Shown here: positions 1 through 13,347 of the stretch, piece by piece
How the letters are laid out: each line of letters opens with the position of its first letter
Numbering within the stretch: the stretch's first letter is position 1
Program-made: the position numbers and the translations under genes
The notes under the pieces: generated by a model
Databases searched by the model: none
What the model was told of the DNA's origin: nothing
The model's input: only the letters and a program-made list of their open reading frames with translations
Assembly (NCBI RefSeq): GCF_011386835.1
Contig: NC_088795.1
Location: forward strand, 100,626,001-100,690,000
Direction of reading: 5' to 3'
Source: Chrysemys picta bellii
Lineage: Eukaryota
DNA length: 64,000 nt

Positions 1-1890
1 CTACTCCTTTCAGATCAGTGTTTAGACTCACCGTACTGTTATGGTCAACAAATATGCAATATGTAATTAGAGGTGAGCCAAACTACTATAGCAAAATTAG
101 AATAGGATATTATACATGTTGATCTTTCTGTAGGACAAGAATTAGGCACACTCGGGCTAAACGAATTCAGACATATTGTGCTTACACGTCTATTGAAGTG
201 TGATTTATCTACACGTTCTTGTTAGGACATGTCATAAGTTACACCCTGATGTTCCAACATCTTTTTTACTACAAATTGCTCTATGCTTAAACATTGAATT
301 AAAAGAATTCCAGCACCAATGGGCATTATAGTTATGTGTCAGCTTAGAAAGAAACTCTATATCTCTAAATAAATGCAACTCCATTCAACAGAGGAGCCAA
401 CTTGTTCACATTTTTTTCAAGTCAAAAAGAATATCATATAAAAAAAAACAACAACCAGGAGGCCCCTGGTTTTCCTACCTGAAGATAATTTTAAAATAAG
501 CACCGCAGTGGCAGCTTGCATTAGAGCTGATGGGCAAACTCACTGTTAGTCACTTTTTGTTTATCTTTTGCAATTAACAGTATTATCTGGTACTTGAACA
601 TTTGGAAGCATCATTTTACCTTGTTGTTCAACATACAGAATGCTCATGAAAGTCAATGGTAGTGGTATGCAAAGACTGAGGGTAGGATTATACCCTTAGT
701 AAGTGAGAACACCTGGACAGCAACAGTAAATATTTAAATGTGCAATAATGTATCAGGAGCTAAAGATGGTAAGTAATGAATATTATACTGAACATTTAAT
801 GTTAGCACTTTTACTGCTTAATTTATAGTAGTCAAAATAAACGTATTCTGTGCTTATTGAAACATTATTGCATATTAAAATATTTACTGTTAGTTCCCAA
901 AGATGAAAACCCCAGAATATGTGGCTGCCAAGCCTGCTAAAGCATGTTCTCATCTGCTTTTCAAAACATGTGTCACGGGCTGGTTCCTTTATATAACAGC
1001 AACTCAGAACACTTCTTGAAATGTATCTGCCTGCAAGGAAGAAGAAAAAGCAATTCTAAGATGCATGTGCTCCTGTTTCTTTGAAATTCATAACACACCC
1101 AAGACTTGTTTCTTTCATTTATTGACAAGTTTCAGACATACCTATTTTTAGTGTATTTGTGGTTGTTTAGTAATTAGTGTCTATTTTCTCTGGACAGAGA
1201 GGTGATCAACATCTGACTAAGCTTATTTTCGTACTTTTCATAGATATAAGTGTCACACAGTGATTTAACATGTTACCTGTGGGTTTCATGTGGGTTTCAC
1301 TTTGAAAGTGGAAGAGGCAAGAAATAAATCATCAGAGTATTTAAAAAAAAAGAGGAAAAATATACTTTTTAATGTTAAGTCCCCTAAGAACAGAAAAAAC
1401 CTTAGGTTCCCACATGTTCAGAAATTCCCACAGCAACTGCATAATACAGCTACCAGCTATAGTTCCAACTGGAAGTTTTAGAAATCTCTGCCTGAGTTGA
1501 GCTTCCATATTACACAAAATCTTTCAGGACTGGCACGGACCTCCGCCCAAACCAACCTTCCCTGGGTTGGGCTAATCTTTCAAGACTAGACTCCCAGGCT
1601 AGGCTAGGTCTTTCAAGACTGGTGCAAATCTTTTGTGTTGGGCAGGCCTTTGCCTGAGCCAGGCTTCCAAGCTAACTTCAGTTACAGGCTGACTTCAGAA
1701 ATTGGAGCAGGAGTTTGCCTAAGCCAAGCTCCCAGGCTAGACTTGATACTTTCACAGTTGGGACAAGCTTTGTAGTTCCTTAACCCCACTCCCATTAAAC
1801 TCCAATCCATTAGCAATCACTCAGTCAATGACCACTCCACCACAGCTATCTAGGACAACGGATAACATTGTTAAAAGTGACTCAGGTATG

Positions 1891-2042
1891 TAAGTCCCAT
1901 TTTCAGAAGTGACTTGGGCTGATTTTTCAAGGGCACAAATGGCACTTAGGTGCCTAACTCCCACTGAAAGTCAATGGGGGTTAGGTGCTAAATATACCTT
2001 TGAAAAATCTGCCCCCAAGTCAAGACTGAAAATGGGACTTAG
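1891..2042. mobile_element. Palindromic MITE-like repeat (nested inverted arms, centre cccactgaaagtcaatggg)
   Basis: agtcccattttcag pairs with ctgaaaatgggact, tgacttggg with cccaagtca, gatttttcaa with ttgaaaaatc. Similar elements at about 24325-24400, 24462-24567 and 35665-35870. Confidence 0.6.
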
Positions 2043-2959
2043 GCACTTTTGAAAATTTTACCCTAGGTCTCAATATTTTGACTTTGTAGTGAGACACCAA
2101 ATTAAGTCAACCTGATTTTAATGTCAACAACCTGATCCTTAAAACAAGAAGGGCTAATAATGGAATAATGTAGATTCTTTCTAAAAAAGGTAAGGCAAGT
2201 ACAGAAACACAAGTAGATGCTTAAGGAAATACAACACAGTGCACATCATATAGCTCAATCATCCATTCAGATTTCAAGGTACCACAGAAACCTGGACCCA
2301 GGTTTCACTGTCTCCCAAGAGCTTTAGCTCAGCTTTGAGAGAGGATTCCATTCACGACTACTGCAGCTCCTACAACCCTAGGCCTCTTTCTATACATTTG
2401 TCCACCTTGATAGACAACCCTTCCTCTCCACACATCTTACTCAGAGATTTATCTGAGGGTGGGGGGATGGAGGGGTGTCCACCCTCACACACAATCTTGG
2501 TGCCAGGTGCTCCCTCCCTCAGAAGTCTTCAGAGGATTATCATGGCCACTCTCACTATTAGTGTCTTTGACAGGGCTAAGAGGTCCTCCTCCTCCAAATC
2601 CCAAATGGTCTTTGGACTCCCTCTCATCTCACCTCAAATCAGAGAGGCATGGCCAAGCCAACAAATAAAGTTTAATCTTGGGCTTTCTGTAAAATGGAGG
2701 ACATGGAGAATAGGGAAAGAAATGAATAGGAAGGCCAGAAACCTCATCTATTTAAGTAACCATTAAAGACATTTTCAAAATACTTTAATAGTGGTACCTC
2801 AGTCTATTTAAATTAAAGAAAATATACATTAAAAAGGGAGTCATAAGTGCTGGAGATGATGTGAGGGAATAGTGACCTTTCTGCATATATGGTGGGAATT
2901 CCCTAAGTTAACAGTGTTCTAGAGGATAAACAACAAATAAAATTTTCAAAATAACTAAA

Positions 2960-3270
2960 GTTAGGTTACCCACAGAACCCATAATGATTCTTTTAGGTTA
3001 CAGTCCAAAGGAGGTTACTGACTCAGGGAAGGACCCACTGATAACACAATTACACTACTAGCAGACAGATATAACATATCTCACTTTTGGAAAAGGACAG
3101 GCCCCCCCAACATTAGCATCATGGAGAAAAGTATAGGGAACCCTTTTAATGGAAAAATGACAGACCCCTTTGCATCAGGATAAAGTAGATGTTGCAGTCT
3201 TTTGGAATTTGTACAAGAGGTTGACTATACACAAATAGGTCTATGAAAAAGGTAACAAAACCAGGTTATG
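2960..3270 (+). mobile_element. Decayed L1/Tx1-like ORF2 3' fragment
   Basis: Conceptual translation ...ISHFWKRTGPPTLASWRKV*GTLLMEK resembles the L1-clade ORF2 C-terminus; contains stops. Boundaries approximate. Confidence 0.4.
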
Positions 3271-3987
3271 CATAAGATTTGTTAATATTTGTATGGAAAT
3301 TTCATGTACATTAAAAATGACAAAATAAAAAGATTAAAAATCAATTAAGCAGAAGGGAGAAACTCTACTAGGATGAAAAGCACTTAAGTATTACTACCCT
3401 ATCTTCATTTCTAATACCTTATAACTGTTTTCTGATCTTCCTACACAAAACGCACAGTTAACATTATATTACACAGTTCCTATTATGTTACTAAGTGTCT
3501 ACATAATGTGCGCATAATTGTCAGCACCATGCTAATCAGTATTTCACCCATAGATTAAAGTACAAGGCCAACTCCTTGAGGACTCTGTTTAACTCCCTGA
3601 AGGGCTAATGGGATTTAGTGAATGACCAATATTTAAACAATCACCTGTGCATCAGAATATACTAAAGAGGCAGTTCAGAAGGACAGCACTGAGCTTCTTA
3701 TCAGCATTTCCAGGCACCAGTCTAAAAATATCCAATGAAATGCCAACAATAAAGTGGCAATTAAGATAAAGTAAATAAGCCATAGGTAAAAGATTAAGAG
3801 TAAATGAAGGAAAGAAGGAAACACCATACATAAATAAAGAGGATTGGGAGAGCCAGTGCTAGATTGACTTATCTATATTGCTTCTAAAACATTTTGTTAA
3901 GACCTGATCCCATTCACTGCGAAAGCTTCAATACAAACCAAGAACACAATTTGTTCTCCATAGGATCTAATCAAAATTTTTACTAAC

Positions 3988-4173
3988 CTTGCAACTTTTG
4001 ATTTTCTTTTTCCATTCTGAGGAGCAGTATCTGTTGAAGAATGGCTTTCTGCCACAGTTCTCGAAGCTCCCGAGTTGTCCGTTTCCTGTCTTCTTTCACT
4101 GGCCCAAAGGGGCCATCTTCACAAACTGGTTCTAACGGGGACCTGGGTGGAAGATCTCCCAATTCAGAGTAAT
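3988..4173 (-). CDS. TBC1D1: TBC1D1 exon (186 nt), region preceding the TBC domain
   Basis: (D)YSELGDLPPRSPLEPVCEDGPFGPVKEDRKRTTRELRELWQKAILQQILLLRMEKENQKLQ; tgaag|AT ... G|gttagt; phase 1-1. The next exon was not found within 1-3987. Confidence 0.97.
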
Positions 4174-5581
4174 CTTCAAGAGACAGAAATGAGCATTACC
4201 CATTTAGGTTTCATAGTCAAATAAAAGGGCACTTTTTCAAAGGCCTGCTGCCACTTGTGCACATGTAAAAAATGTACTATGTATGCATCTAAACTTTGCA
4301 AGCGCAAACACTTGTGTGCACTTTAACCCATGCATAAGCAGTCTCAATAGTCTAAACACCTATCCAAGTGCAAGTGGAACCAATGGATTTTGCAGATGCA
4401 AGTGTTAATATTTGTGTGTGCAGGTGCTTAACTATTGGAAGTACTGGTGTAGATATTAGAATTTCTGAAGTGCACACAGAGCTATATTTGCTCTCGCATA
4501 TGTACAGAATTTTGGACACTCGTGTCAAGAGAATGCCTTTTGTAAATCTCTCTTATGTTACCAGGATAGGGCTACATTATTTAAACAATGCATTTGTATT
4601 GGAAACCTAAAACTGGAAATTTCATGCTTAATTGGACATGCACTTGCATTGTGCCCATATCTATACCTTCTATCTATTCAGGCTCTCTTTCCTTAACATC
4701 AGATCAATTAAAAAGAAATCCTGGCAGGTACATTTTCACTTTCTTCATGACAAAAATTACTGTCTTAGGTTTGACTGAGATCTGTCATTAAAGCTCTGGC
4801 TTCTTTCCACTCCTTGAAGTTACTGTCTCTTGCAGGGGAAGGTGGGGAGAGGCAGAGGGGTGAGAAATCCATGTCTTTAGGCCAGGTTGTTATCAAATGT
4901 GAATTTAAAGTCTCCACACTCTTAACCCATCTTTATTCTTTCTTCAGGTGTCTCTCTCTCATCCAGTTTGAACACCATCCATTCTAAACATGTTTAATCC
5001 AGGTGCTGATATTGGCCATTTGTATCAATGGGAGTTTTCAGACACTGACTTCAGAGGAAGCAAAACTGGAGAAATATGGGCCTGATTTCCACCTTATGAA
5101 ATTTCAATTCCAGCATTTTATTACTGACAATATCTTTCTGTTCCCAGTATTTCCTGTCTGTTGGAAATAGCGCTGAATACCATTCTGCAGTGGTTAAGAA
5201 CTATTTTATCTCATAGTCTGAATATTGTACTTATACCATACAATCCTGTTTCTTCAGTGAGCTCTATGTGAGCAGACCACAGGCAGCCCCAGTGACTGTG
5301 TAGGTGCAGGGTTCTAGCTACACACAGCTCATCTTTCTGATCCGTTAGAAATTCTAATCGATACACCACAAATTTTCATGAGATCAGATGCACTAATTAA
5401 TAGGCCAGACAGTTCAGGATGCTAGCTGTTTGTTTATTATTATTTGACATATTTTACATTTGTGCAAATAAAATATGGGACTCCATCCAGGCAAAATTAT
5501 AAACAGCCCAGTATCAATTCCATAGACACCACGGATACAAAACACACTTCTCCCTCCCTCCCCTTTTAAAAATAGGCTTGG

Positions 5582-5905
5582 CAACATAAAAACATAAGAA
5601 TGGCCCTACTGGATCAGACCGAAAAGTCCATCTAGCCCAGTATCCTGTCTTCCGACAGTGGCCAATGCCAGGTGCCCCAGAGGGAATGAACAAAACAGGT
5701 AATCATCAAGTGATCCATCCCCTATCACCCATTCCCCGCTTCTGGCAAACAGAGGCTAGGGACACCATTCCTGTCCATCCTGGCTAATAGCCATTGATGG
5801 ACCTATCCTCCATGAATTTATCTAGTTCTTTTTTTAATCTTGTTCTAGCCTTGACCTTCACAACATCCTCTGGCAAGGAGTTCCACAGGGTGACTGTACA
5901 TTGTA
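5582..5905 (-). mobile_element. CR1 LINE 3' end (5'-truncated)
   Basis: Starts with the reverse-complemented CR1 terminal repeat (aacataagaatggcc...) and is near-identical in layout to the CR1 end at 16028. Confidence 0.85.
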
Positions 5906-7434
5906 CATTTTCATCTTTCCTTCTCTTCCTCCCAGCTAATACTCCAGACTGAAATAAATTAATTTACCAAAGAACAGACATAGTACAAGCAGTGATGGGC
6001 CAGATTCTCTAATACCTCCCTGCCGGTGTCTCTCAACTCTGACCTAGAGGAATTTAACTTATAGGGTTGAAACTATAGTTCAGGCACATGCAGTCAGTCC
6101 TTGACCATTTGGCTGAGACCTCCAAGAAGGGAACTAAGGCAGAATTGGTGATGTGCAGAATTCTCCCTTAGAAACCTGACAATAACATAGGCCTCATAGA
6201 AGAATTATGTTTTCATGAGGGACCTGTTGGTGGAGTGAAGACATAGACCAGGTCAAGGAGACGGATTCGAGCATAATCATTAGCTTTATCCTCAAATCTA
6301 GTTGTATGCTGCTCAAGTTAGTACTACCTGGAGGTGAAATGGGAAGCCCAAAGGTATACCACTTTCACAGCACCTTTATCTGGATATCTCAGGGCTGTTC
6401 TCTAAATTATACTGGCTTGTATCAGCCCTACAGCAGCACTTATGCCAGCAAAGGAGTGTTGTAGCACCTCCCCTACCCAACACACTCCCTACCCCAGAGG
6501 GAGTGGAGTTGGCAGAGAAATGGCTTTGCCAGGCAAAATTTCACCAGCTGCCAGTTTAGGGCAGCTTTCAGCTCTTTTGCACCACTGGAGTGACTCATAG
6601 GATCTGTAAGAGAGGCCAGAGACTGGCCCATTATTTCTCAAAACTATAAAGACATTAAAACCACATACTTATCCAATGGCCTGCTAACTAAAGCTTTATA
6701 AACAGGACACTTCAATTAATTACAGAAGCATATGCTAGCAACTGAAAGCTAGTATGTCTCAGAAATTTTAAAATAATCAAAATTAGTATATAAAAAAATA
6801 GCTAAACTAGGCTTGACATAGAAAACACACAAACCTTAACTGTATAAACACAGCACCAATACAGTTCATAATACAGTGGGATTAATACCAGTTCCCAATG
6901 TAAATATTCAGTAATGTAGTCACGAACCCCTACAACTAATGCAAACTGAACAACATTCAAGAAGTGTTTGTTCTAGCTTCTAGCTTTTCTGTCACGTCAT
7001 AACCTTTACCTTTCACCAAATTTTTCACTTATGATTGTGTACTTAAGTACCTTTTGCAGTAAGTCAAGCATGCAGATAGCCCACTTAAAAAATTAATTAC
7101 AGCAGAACTCTTAAATTAGTCACAGAAAAAAAATTCATGAGAATATAAGAGGAATTATTCTTTATTTTTACCGAAACATTGAACAATATTGTTCCTTACC
7201 AAAATAAGTACTTAAGCTTTTTTTTATTTTTTATTTTTTTTGGTAACTCCTGCGACAACATCAGTAATTAATTTAGTCTGTTAACTCTATATATACAGAT
7301 TTAATTTCACCCATCCACTGATGTGTAGCCATTTTATATCGCTACACTGATGGACTCATTAGCCTTAGATGCATACAGTATCTAGAGGGAAAATAACTCA
7401 TTTCCCCACCCATGTGTCATGTCTCCCATGCATA

Positions 7435-7587
7435 GTTGTGGTTGAAAATATACATGTCTTTATCCCAAGTTCCAACTATAAGGCCATGGGACTTCTCCCT
7501 TCAGCCAAACAGAATGGCTGAAGGGAGAAGTCCCATGGCCTTATAGTTGGAACTTGGGATAAAGACATGTATATTTTCAACCACAAC
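7435..7587. repeat. Perfect inverted repeat, 73-bp arms, 7-nt loop
   Basis: 7435-7507 is the exact reverse complement of 7515-7587 (checked base by base). Confidence 0.97.
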
Positions 7588-8884
7588 ATGTATATTTTCA
7601 ACCAAACAGAATGGCTGCACACCCTATCCCAAGGGAAGAGCCAAGTCAGTTTGAGGTTGCCTGGTTCCAGAACAGAGGTTGTCAAACACAAGGCAAAACT
7701 GATTGGACACACGCAAACCAGCCTTTCTAACTCTTCCATAACGTTAGAAGTAAATACACCCAGAGAATGTGATCAGAATTCCAATCTTCCTATTTTTTAT
7801 CTGTACATCCTCCCCTCTCAGTGAAAATATGAGCATATTGATCTTCTTCAGTTTTAGGGAAAACCTATGACGGAGCATCTTTTAGTTCACTGCACGTGTT
7901 ATTTAAACAATTTTAGCTCTTGTGAATTCTCCAATAAAAAACTTCATCATACCAACATGCATCAGTGTGGGATATTAACTAGTCAACATAACAGTTTTTG
8001 CTTCCAGTTCAGCCAATAATTTTAAACTGCAGGAAGGGAGAAAATTGTGTGTCATTTTTGCCTAAACTGATCCTGGTTATCTTCAGACAGGAAAACTTAA
8101 ACCATGTCACTTAAGGCTATAAAAGAGAGATCCATAAAATGGAGATTATGGAAATTATAAAATAAATTATCATGGTGACCAACCCTACCTCTAATCCCAC
8201 CAAGAATGTATCCTAGCTCAGTTTTCCCCTTACAATTGTCGGCTCCTCTTGTGTTTTTTTCTTCTTATTGTTACCAGACATTAAACAGACATCTTAGTCT
8301 TCTCAGACAGAGTTTAATACACTAATTTACCTTCTCTCCCTTGGGAAGCTGTATCAAAAAGGAAACAGACACTTGACAATTCAGCCCTTACCAGTATTCA
8401 TGAACATACAACTGTATCAATGATGGCCATGCAGTACGGCTTCCAGAATCAGAACAGGAGTCAAAGGACTATTTAAAAAAAATTTGAACATTTCAATCTT
8501 TCTTGCAAATGTTTTGAAGGAAGACAAAAAGGAGAGATAAAAGGGAGAATAATTCATTTGAAAGTAATTAGAAGTGCACATTCCAGTGAATCCAACTGTC
8601 ATGTGCAAAAGGTTAAACAATGTGCAACTTTCAAGACCTATAAAAGGATAGCAAGTGCACTGCGGCACAACTTGAATATCTAAGCATACTATTAGTAGAA
8701 ACTGAAGGAATCAGCTTCCCTGTTCACTTGCCAACCTTATAGGATTTTGTTGACCCTGCTTTGCATCTAATCCATATAACTGTAATGCACTGTGAATGAA
8801 AAATAGCCCTCCCTAGGAAAATTAGATCTAAAACTCTAATTTAAATTCATAAAATGCTTTCCTGGTTCATATTTCCTGGCTGGA

Positions 8885-10335
8885 CACAATTTTTTAGTTC
8901 AGAAGGTGGAGACAGCTACTGGGGAGAGGCTGTTCTAGATTTGATTTTGACAAATAGGGTGGAACTGGCTGAGAATTTGAAAGTGGAAGGCAGCTTGGGT
9001 GAAAGTGATCATGAAATGGTAGAGTTCATGATTCTAAGGAACGGTAGGAGGGAGAACAGCAAAATAAAGACAATGGATTTCAAGAAGACAGACTTGAGCA
9101 GACTCAGGGAGTTGGTAGGTAAGATCCCATGGGAAGCTAGTCTAAGGGGAAAACAGTTCAAGAGAGTTGGCAGTTTTTTTAAGGGCACAAAAGCAAACTA
9201 TCCCACTGTGTAAGAAAGATACCAAGTATGGCAAGAGACCACTCTGGCTTAATCAGGAAGTCTTCAGTGAGCTGAAACTCAAAAAAGAATCCTACAAAAA
9301 GTGGAAAATAAGTCAAATTACAAAGGATCAATATAAACAAACAACACAGGTATGTAGGGATAAAATTAGAAAGGCCAAGTCACAAAACTAGATTAAACTA
9401 GCTAGAAATATAAAGGGTAACAAGAAAACATTCAACAAATACAGTAGAAGCAAGAGGAAGACCAAGGATAGGGTAAGGGCCCTTACTCAATGAAGGGGGA
9501 AAAACAATAACGGAAAATGTGGAAATGGCAGAAGTATTAAATTACTTTTTTGTTTCAGTTTTCACCAAAAAGGTTAGTAGCAATTGGATGGCTAACATAG
9601 GGAATGCCAGTGGAAATTAGGTAGGCTCAGAGGCTAAATAGGGAAAGAACAAGTTAAAAATTACTTAGGCAAGTAAGATGTCTTCAAGTCAGCAGGGCCT
9701 GATGAAAGACATCCTAGAATACTCAAGGAGTTGACTGAGGTGGTATCTGAGCCATTAGTGATTATCTCTAAAAAGTCATGGAAGACAGGAGAGATTCCAG
9801 AGGGCCTGAAAAGGGCAAACATAGTGCCCACCTATAAAAAGGGAAATAAGGACAACCCAGGGAATTACAGAGCAGTCAGCTTATCTTCAGTACCCGGAAA
9901 TATAATGGAGCAAATAATTAAGCAATCAATTTGCAAACACCTAGAAGAAAATAAGGTGATAAGTAACAGTCAGCATGGATTTCTCAAGAACAAATCATGT
10001 CAAACCAACCTAATAGCTTTCTTTGACAAGTAGCAAGCATTGTGGATAGAGAGGAAGCGGTAGATGTGATATATCTTGACTTTAAAGCTTATGCTCTAAT
10101 AAATTTGTTAGTCTCTAAGGTGCCACAAGTCCTCCTGTTCTTCTTATCTTGACTTTAGTAAGTCTTTTGATACTGTCTTGCATGACCTTCTCATAAACAA
10201 ACTAGAGAAGTACAATCTAGATGGAACTACTATAAGGTGGGTGCATAACTGGTTCTCAGAGAGTAGTTATCAGTGGTTCACAGTCAAGCTGGAAGGACAT
10301 AACGAGTGGGGTCCTGCAGAAATCAGTTCTGGGTT
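8885..10335 (+). mobile_element. CR1 LINE ORF2 fragment (endonuclease C-terminus to first half of RT), frameshifted
   Basis: [15 protein letters not shown]...[11 protein letters not shown]; WKRANIVPxYKKGNKDNPGNYRxVSL; QHGFLKNKSCQTNLIAFFD. Interrupted at 10084-10144. Confidence 0.92.
10084..10144 (+). mobile_element. 61-bp Penelope-like terminal stub with 12-bp target duplication
   Basis: aaagcttatgctctaataaatttgttagtctctaaggtgccacaag matches the 3' end of the Penelope at about 41652-41700; flanked by tatcttgacttt at 10072-10083 and 10145-10156. Confidence 0.85.
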
Positions 10336-12504
10336 CCATAGAAAATTTCCATGACAATTTTCAGTTTTTCAACAAAGGTGGACATTTTCATGAGAATTTC
10401 TAAGTTGCCCAAAACCGATTTATTTTTCATTAAAAAGAAAAGAGTTTTGATCCCGCCCCCCCCCCCCCACTAGCTCTCATAATCATACTTCTACAGAATA
10501 TACATCACTAGCCTGTGATCGCCAATGACGCATACATGGAGAGATTCATGTGGTGCGGTGGGCTGGCAGAAGGCCCTCTTCATTACTAATTGCCCTGCAC
10601 AGGTGTGAGCTGGGGATAGCACTGAAGTGCAAAAGTACTGGTGCACTTCATACTTGTCATGGAAAGGATTTCTGTGCTGGTCACATATCCTACTGCCTGT
10701 GAAAGGACATGCTGGGAGCAGGCCAAATATCGGTGTTTACTCTTACCCAATAGACTACGCCCCCTGCACAATTGTCTGCCTATAGGCTGGAATGGAATCT
10801 GTGCAGCAGCCCCACCCTCCTATATCCAGACCAATCCCTTGAGCTTGATGTGGGTGGAGTTAATTCATTATATGCATTAACAAGCTCCTGCCCTGAGAAG
10901 ACTAAACAAACTTATGCACAAAGATGAGACACACAATACAATAGGCCACAAAATATTACAAAGAAGGCACTACAGTACGGTATCATCACAGAGCACATGA
11001 GAAAAGTTTAAGGAAACTGGTGACTGAATGTGATACAAATGAAGTCAAACAATATTTATCTGTTAGAGTAACAGAATTTGCAACCTATGCTACTGGACTT
11101 TATAAGCTTCAAGAGAAGAGACAAATAGAAAACATCGCTGGGACCTCACAGAGATTCATACTTTCATAACAAGTAACTAAAATTTTGCCTTCAACCTTTT
11201 TTCAAAACATAAAATGAGTTCCCTATACTAGTTTTCAATGAGAACAGTTTTGTTGTATTCGCCAGTAGTTTCTTGGTCACACAATCTCATTTTTTAAATA
11301 TGATTTTACCAAAAAGCCTATTTTAAAAAATTATCTCAGAACCACATAGTTCAATTAACCTCAAATATCCAGAATAAGATGTGTATCCAGTTAGAGACCA
11401 CAACATTTTAGGTAGAAAAGAGGATTTTGTTGTTATTTGTTTTAAAGAATATTAGGGGGAGGAAATTTAACTTAGAATGTTAAGTGTTACATTGGTAAGC
11501 CTGTTACAGACTACAGAATTGGTACAAGGCTCTATAATCTGACGTTTTGATTCCTGCTCCTATCAAACTTGCCCTCTCGGGTGTCCATGAAAACAAAACC
11601 AGAAAAAAAGAATTGCTATCTTACAGCCATATCCCCATGGACATGTGACCTTTTCAGAGTTTATAAGCTAAGCAAGATATGCCTTGGTCTGAACTCAGAG
11701 AGGACAATTCCAAGGAGTTTTCCCTTTTGTGCACTAGAATATTCATACTTTCTCTTGCTGCACTTCTCCCACTTCAAAATAATTTTTTTAAAATAGGAAA
11801 TTCTTTGCAACCCCTCATTTTAAATTGCGCAAAGAAGTGGATTTCACAATAACCTTAACTCTTCCCGAATGTTTGCATGCATGTATTTCAACAGTTTATT
11901 TCAGACATGATCACAACATGAGGCAATGCTGCATGCTATTCAGCTAGTAATACAAAATCAAAGAGAAACTGCATCTACTGCTATAATTGTAGATGTACAA
12001 GTACAGCATTTTGCATTATTTTACATACATGTCTGGAGTTTTTAAGTCTTCAACGGATGCTATAAAGCACATATAGCTAAAATAGTCAGAGTCCTTTTGC
12101 TTCCAGTAGAGTCAAAAACTGGAACCACATTAAGTAACAAATTCCTTTAGTCTCATACACTGTTCTAAGGGCGGAGGAGGAAGACAACTGAATAGCTAAA
12201 TTAGGAGCTTTTGAAAAACTGTATATTTTAAGATAGCTGTTTAAATATCAGCACTGGGAAATTGTTTTGTTTTTTTTTTGTTTGTTTTTTAGCCAAGAAC
12301 TTGCTATATTCTGCCAAAGCAATACTATATTCTGCTTACAAATAACATAAGCAAATGAGGTGATTTAAGACTTCACAAATTAAAACCCAGGCATTTCAAT
12401 GGGCACACCAGCTGTCAGATCCCAGTGGATTACAAGTGGCAAAGTCTACACCCATAATCCTGCCCAGCAGGTCAATGTGGGCACATGAAAGCTATCAACA
12501 AGTA

Positions 12505-12618
12505 TGTGTCTGAAGGGAAGAAAACCGAAGAAGAGCTGTCTATAAGCTCAAAAGCTTCTCTGTGTCAGCAACAGAAGTTGGTCCAATAAAAGATATTACC
12601 TCGCCTACCTTGTCTCTC
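12505..12618 (+). mobile_element. Penelope-like terminal fragment (second family)
   Basis: Homologous to the reverse complement of 27392-27495 (…gaagagc…gctc…gttggtccaataaaagatattacc…ccttgtctctc). Confidence 0.7.
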
Positions 12619-13083
12619 AAGCTTTTTGTGAGAGTAGATATTTCAAACTCTAAACTCTTTTGTTCCAATGTCAGCTCTCAGCTTAACTATTCTGAGTTTC
12701 GAGACTAAAGCTATTTCAAAAAGATCTGTCTCCTTTGAAAAGACAATACACTACATGGGCTCCAAAAGAGGAGGTACATTCCAAAGTATGTTAATGAATT
12801 GGACCCATCAAATTTAAGGCACCAGGCAGAGGGTGTGTCTGCAGGAGGCCTGCTAACCCCCGACTCATGCCTGGAGCAACTAATTATCATAAGAGTGGGA
12901 TCTAGAAAATAAACCTCTCTGATTAGCCTTCTGCGGAGTTGCAATATTTTCCACCGAGTTCAAAGCTGAACAAAACAGTTACATATACTTCATGTTCTCT
13001 AAACAAAGTATTATAATTAGGAAACGTAGAATGAAATGGGCCTTAGAAGTTTCTTTCCCATGGGCCCAGCTGTAGCACTCTAA

Positions 13084-13347
13084 GACCTGGTCTACACTAG
13101 AAAATTAGGTCACCATAACCATGTTGCTCAGAGTTGTGAAAAATCCATACCCTAGTTAAGCCGACCTAAGTCCCCACATAGACAGTGCTATGTGGATGGA
13201 AGAATTCTTCCATTGACCTAGCTACCGCTTCTTGGGGACTACCTATGCTGATAGGAGAATCGCTCCTGTCGGCGTAGGTAGCATCTAAACTGAAGCGCTG
13301 CAGTTGAGCAGATGTGCTGCTGTAGTATTTTAAGCATAGATATATCC
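13084..13347. mobile_element. PIF/Harbinger-type MITE
   Basis: TIR-like g(a/g)cctggtctacacta ... agcatagatatatcc; related to 28134-28337. Confidence 0.7.

Noticed and set aside
11870-11990. GCATG cluster suggesting an RBFOX-regulated microexon
   Set aside because: No credible acceptor-donor pair or TBC1D1-like coding sequence upstream.
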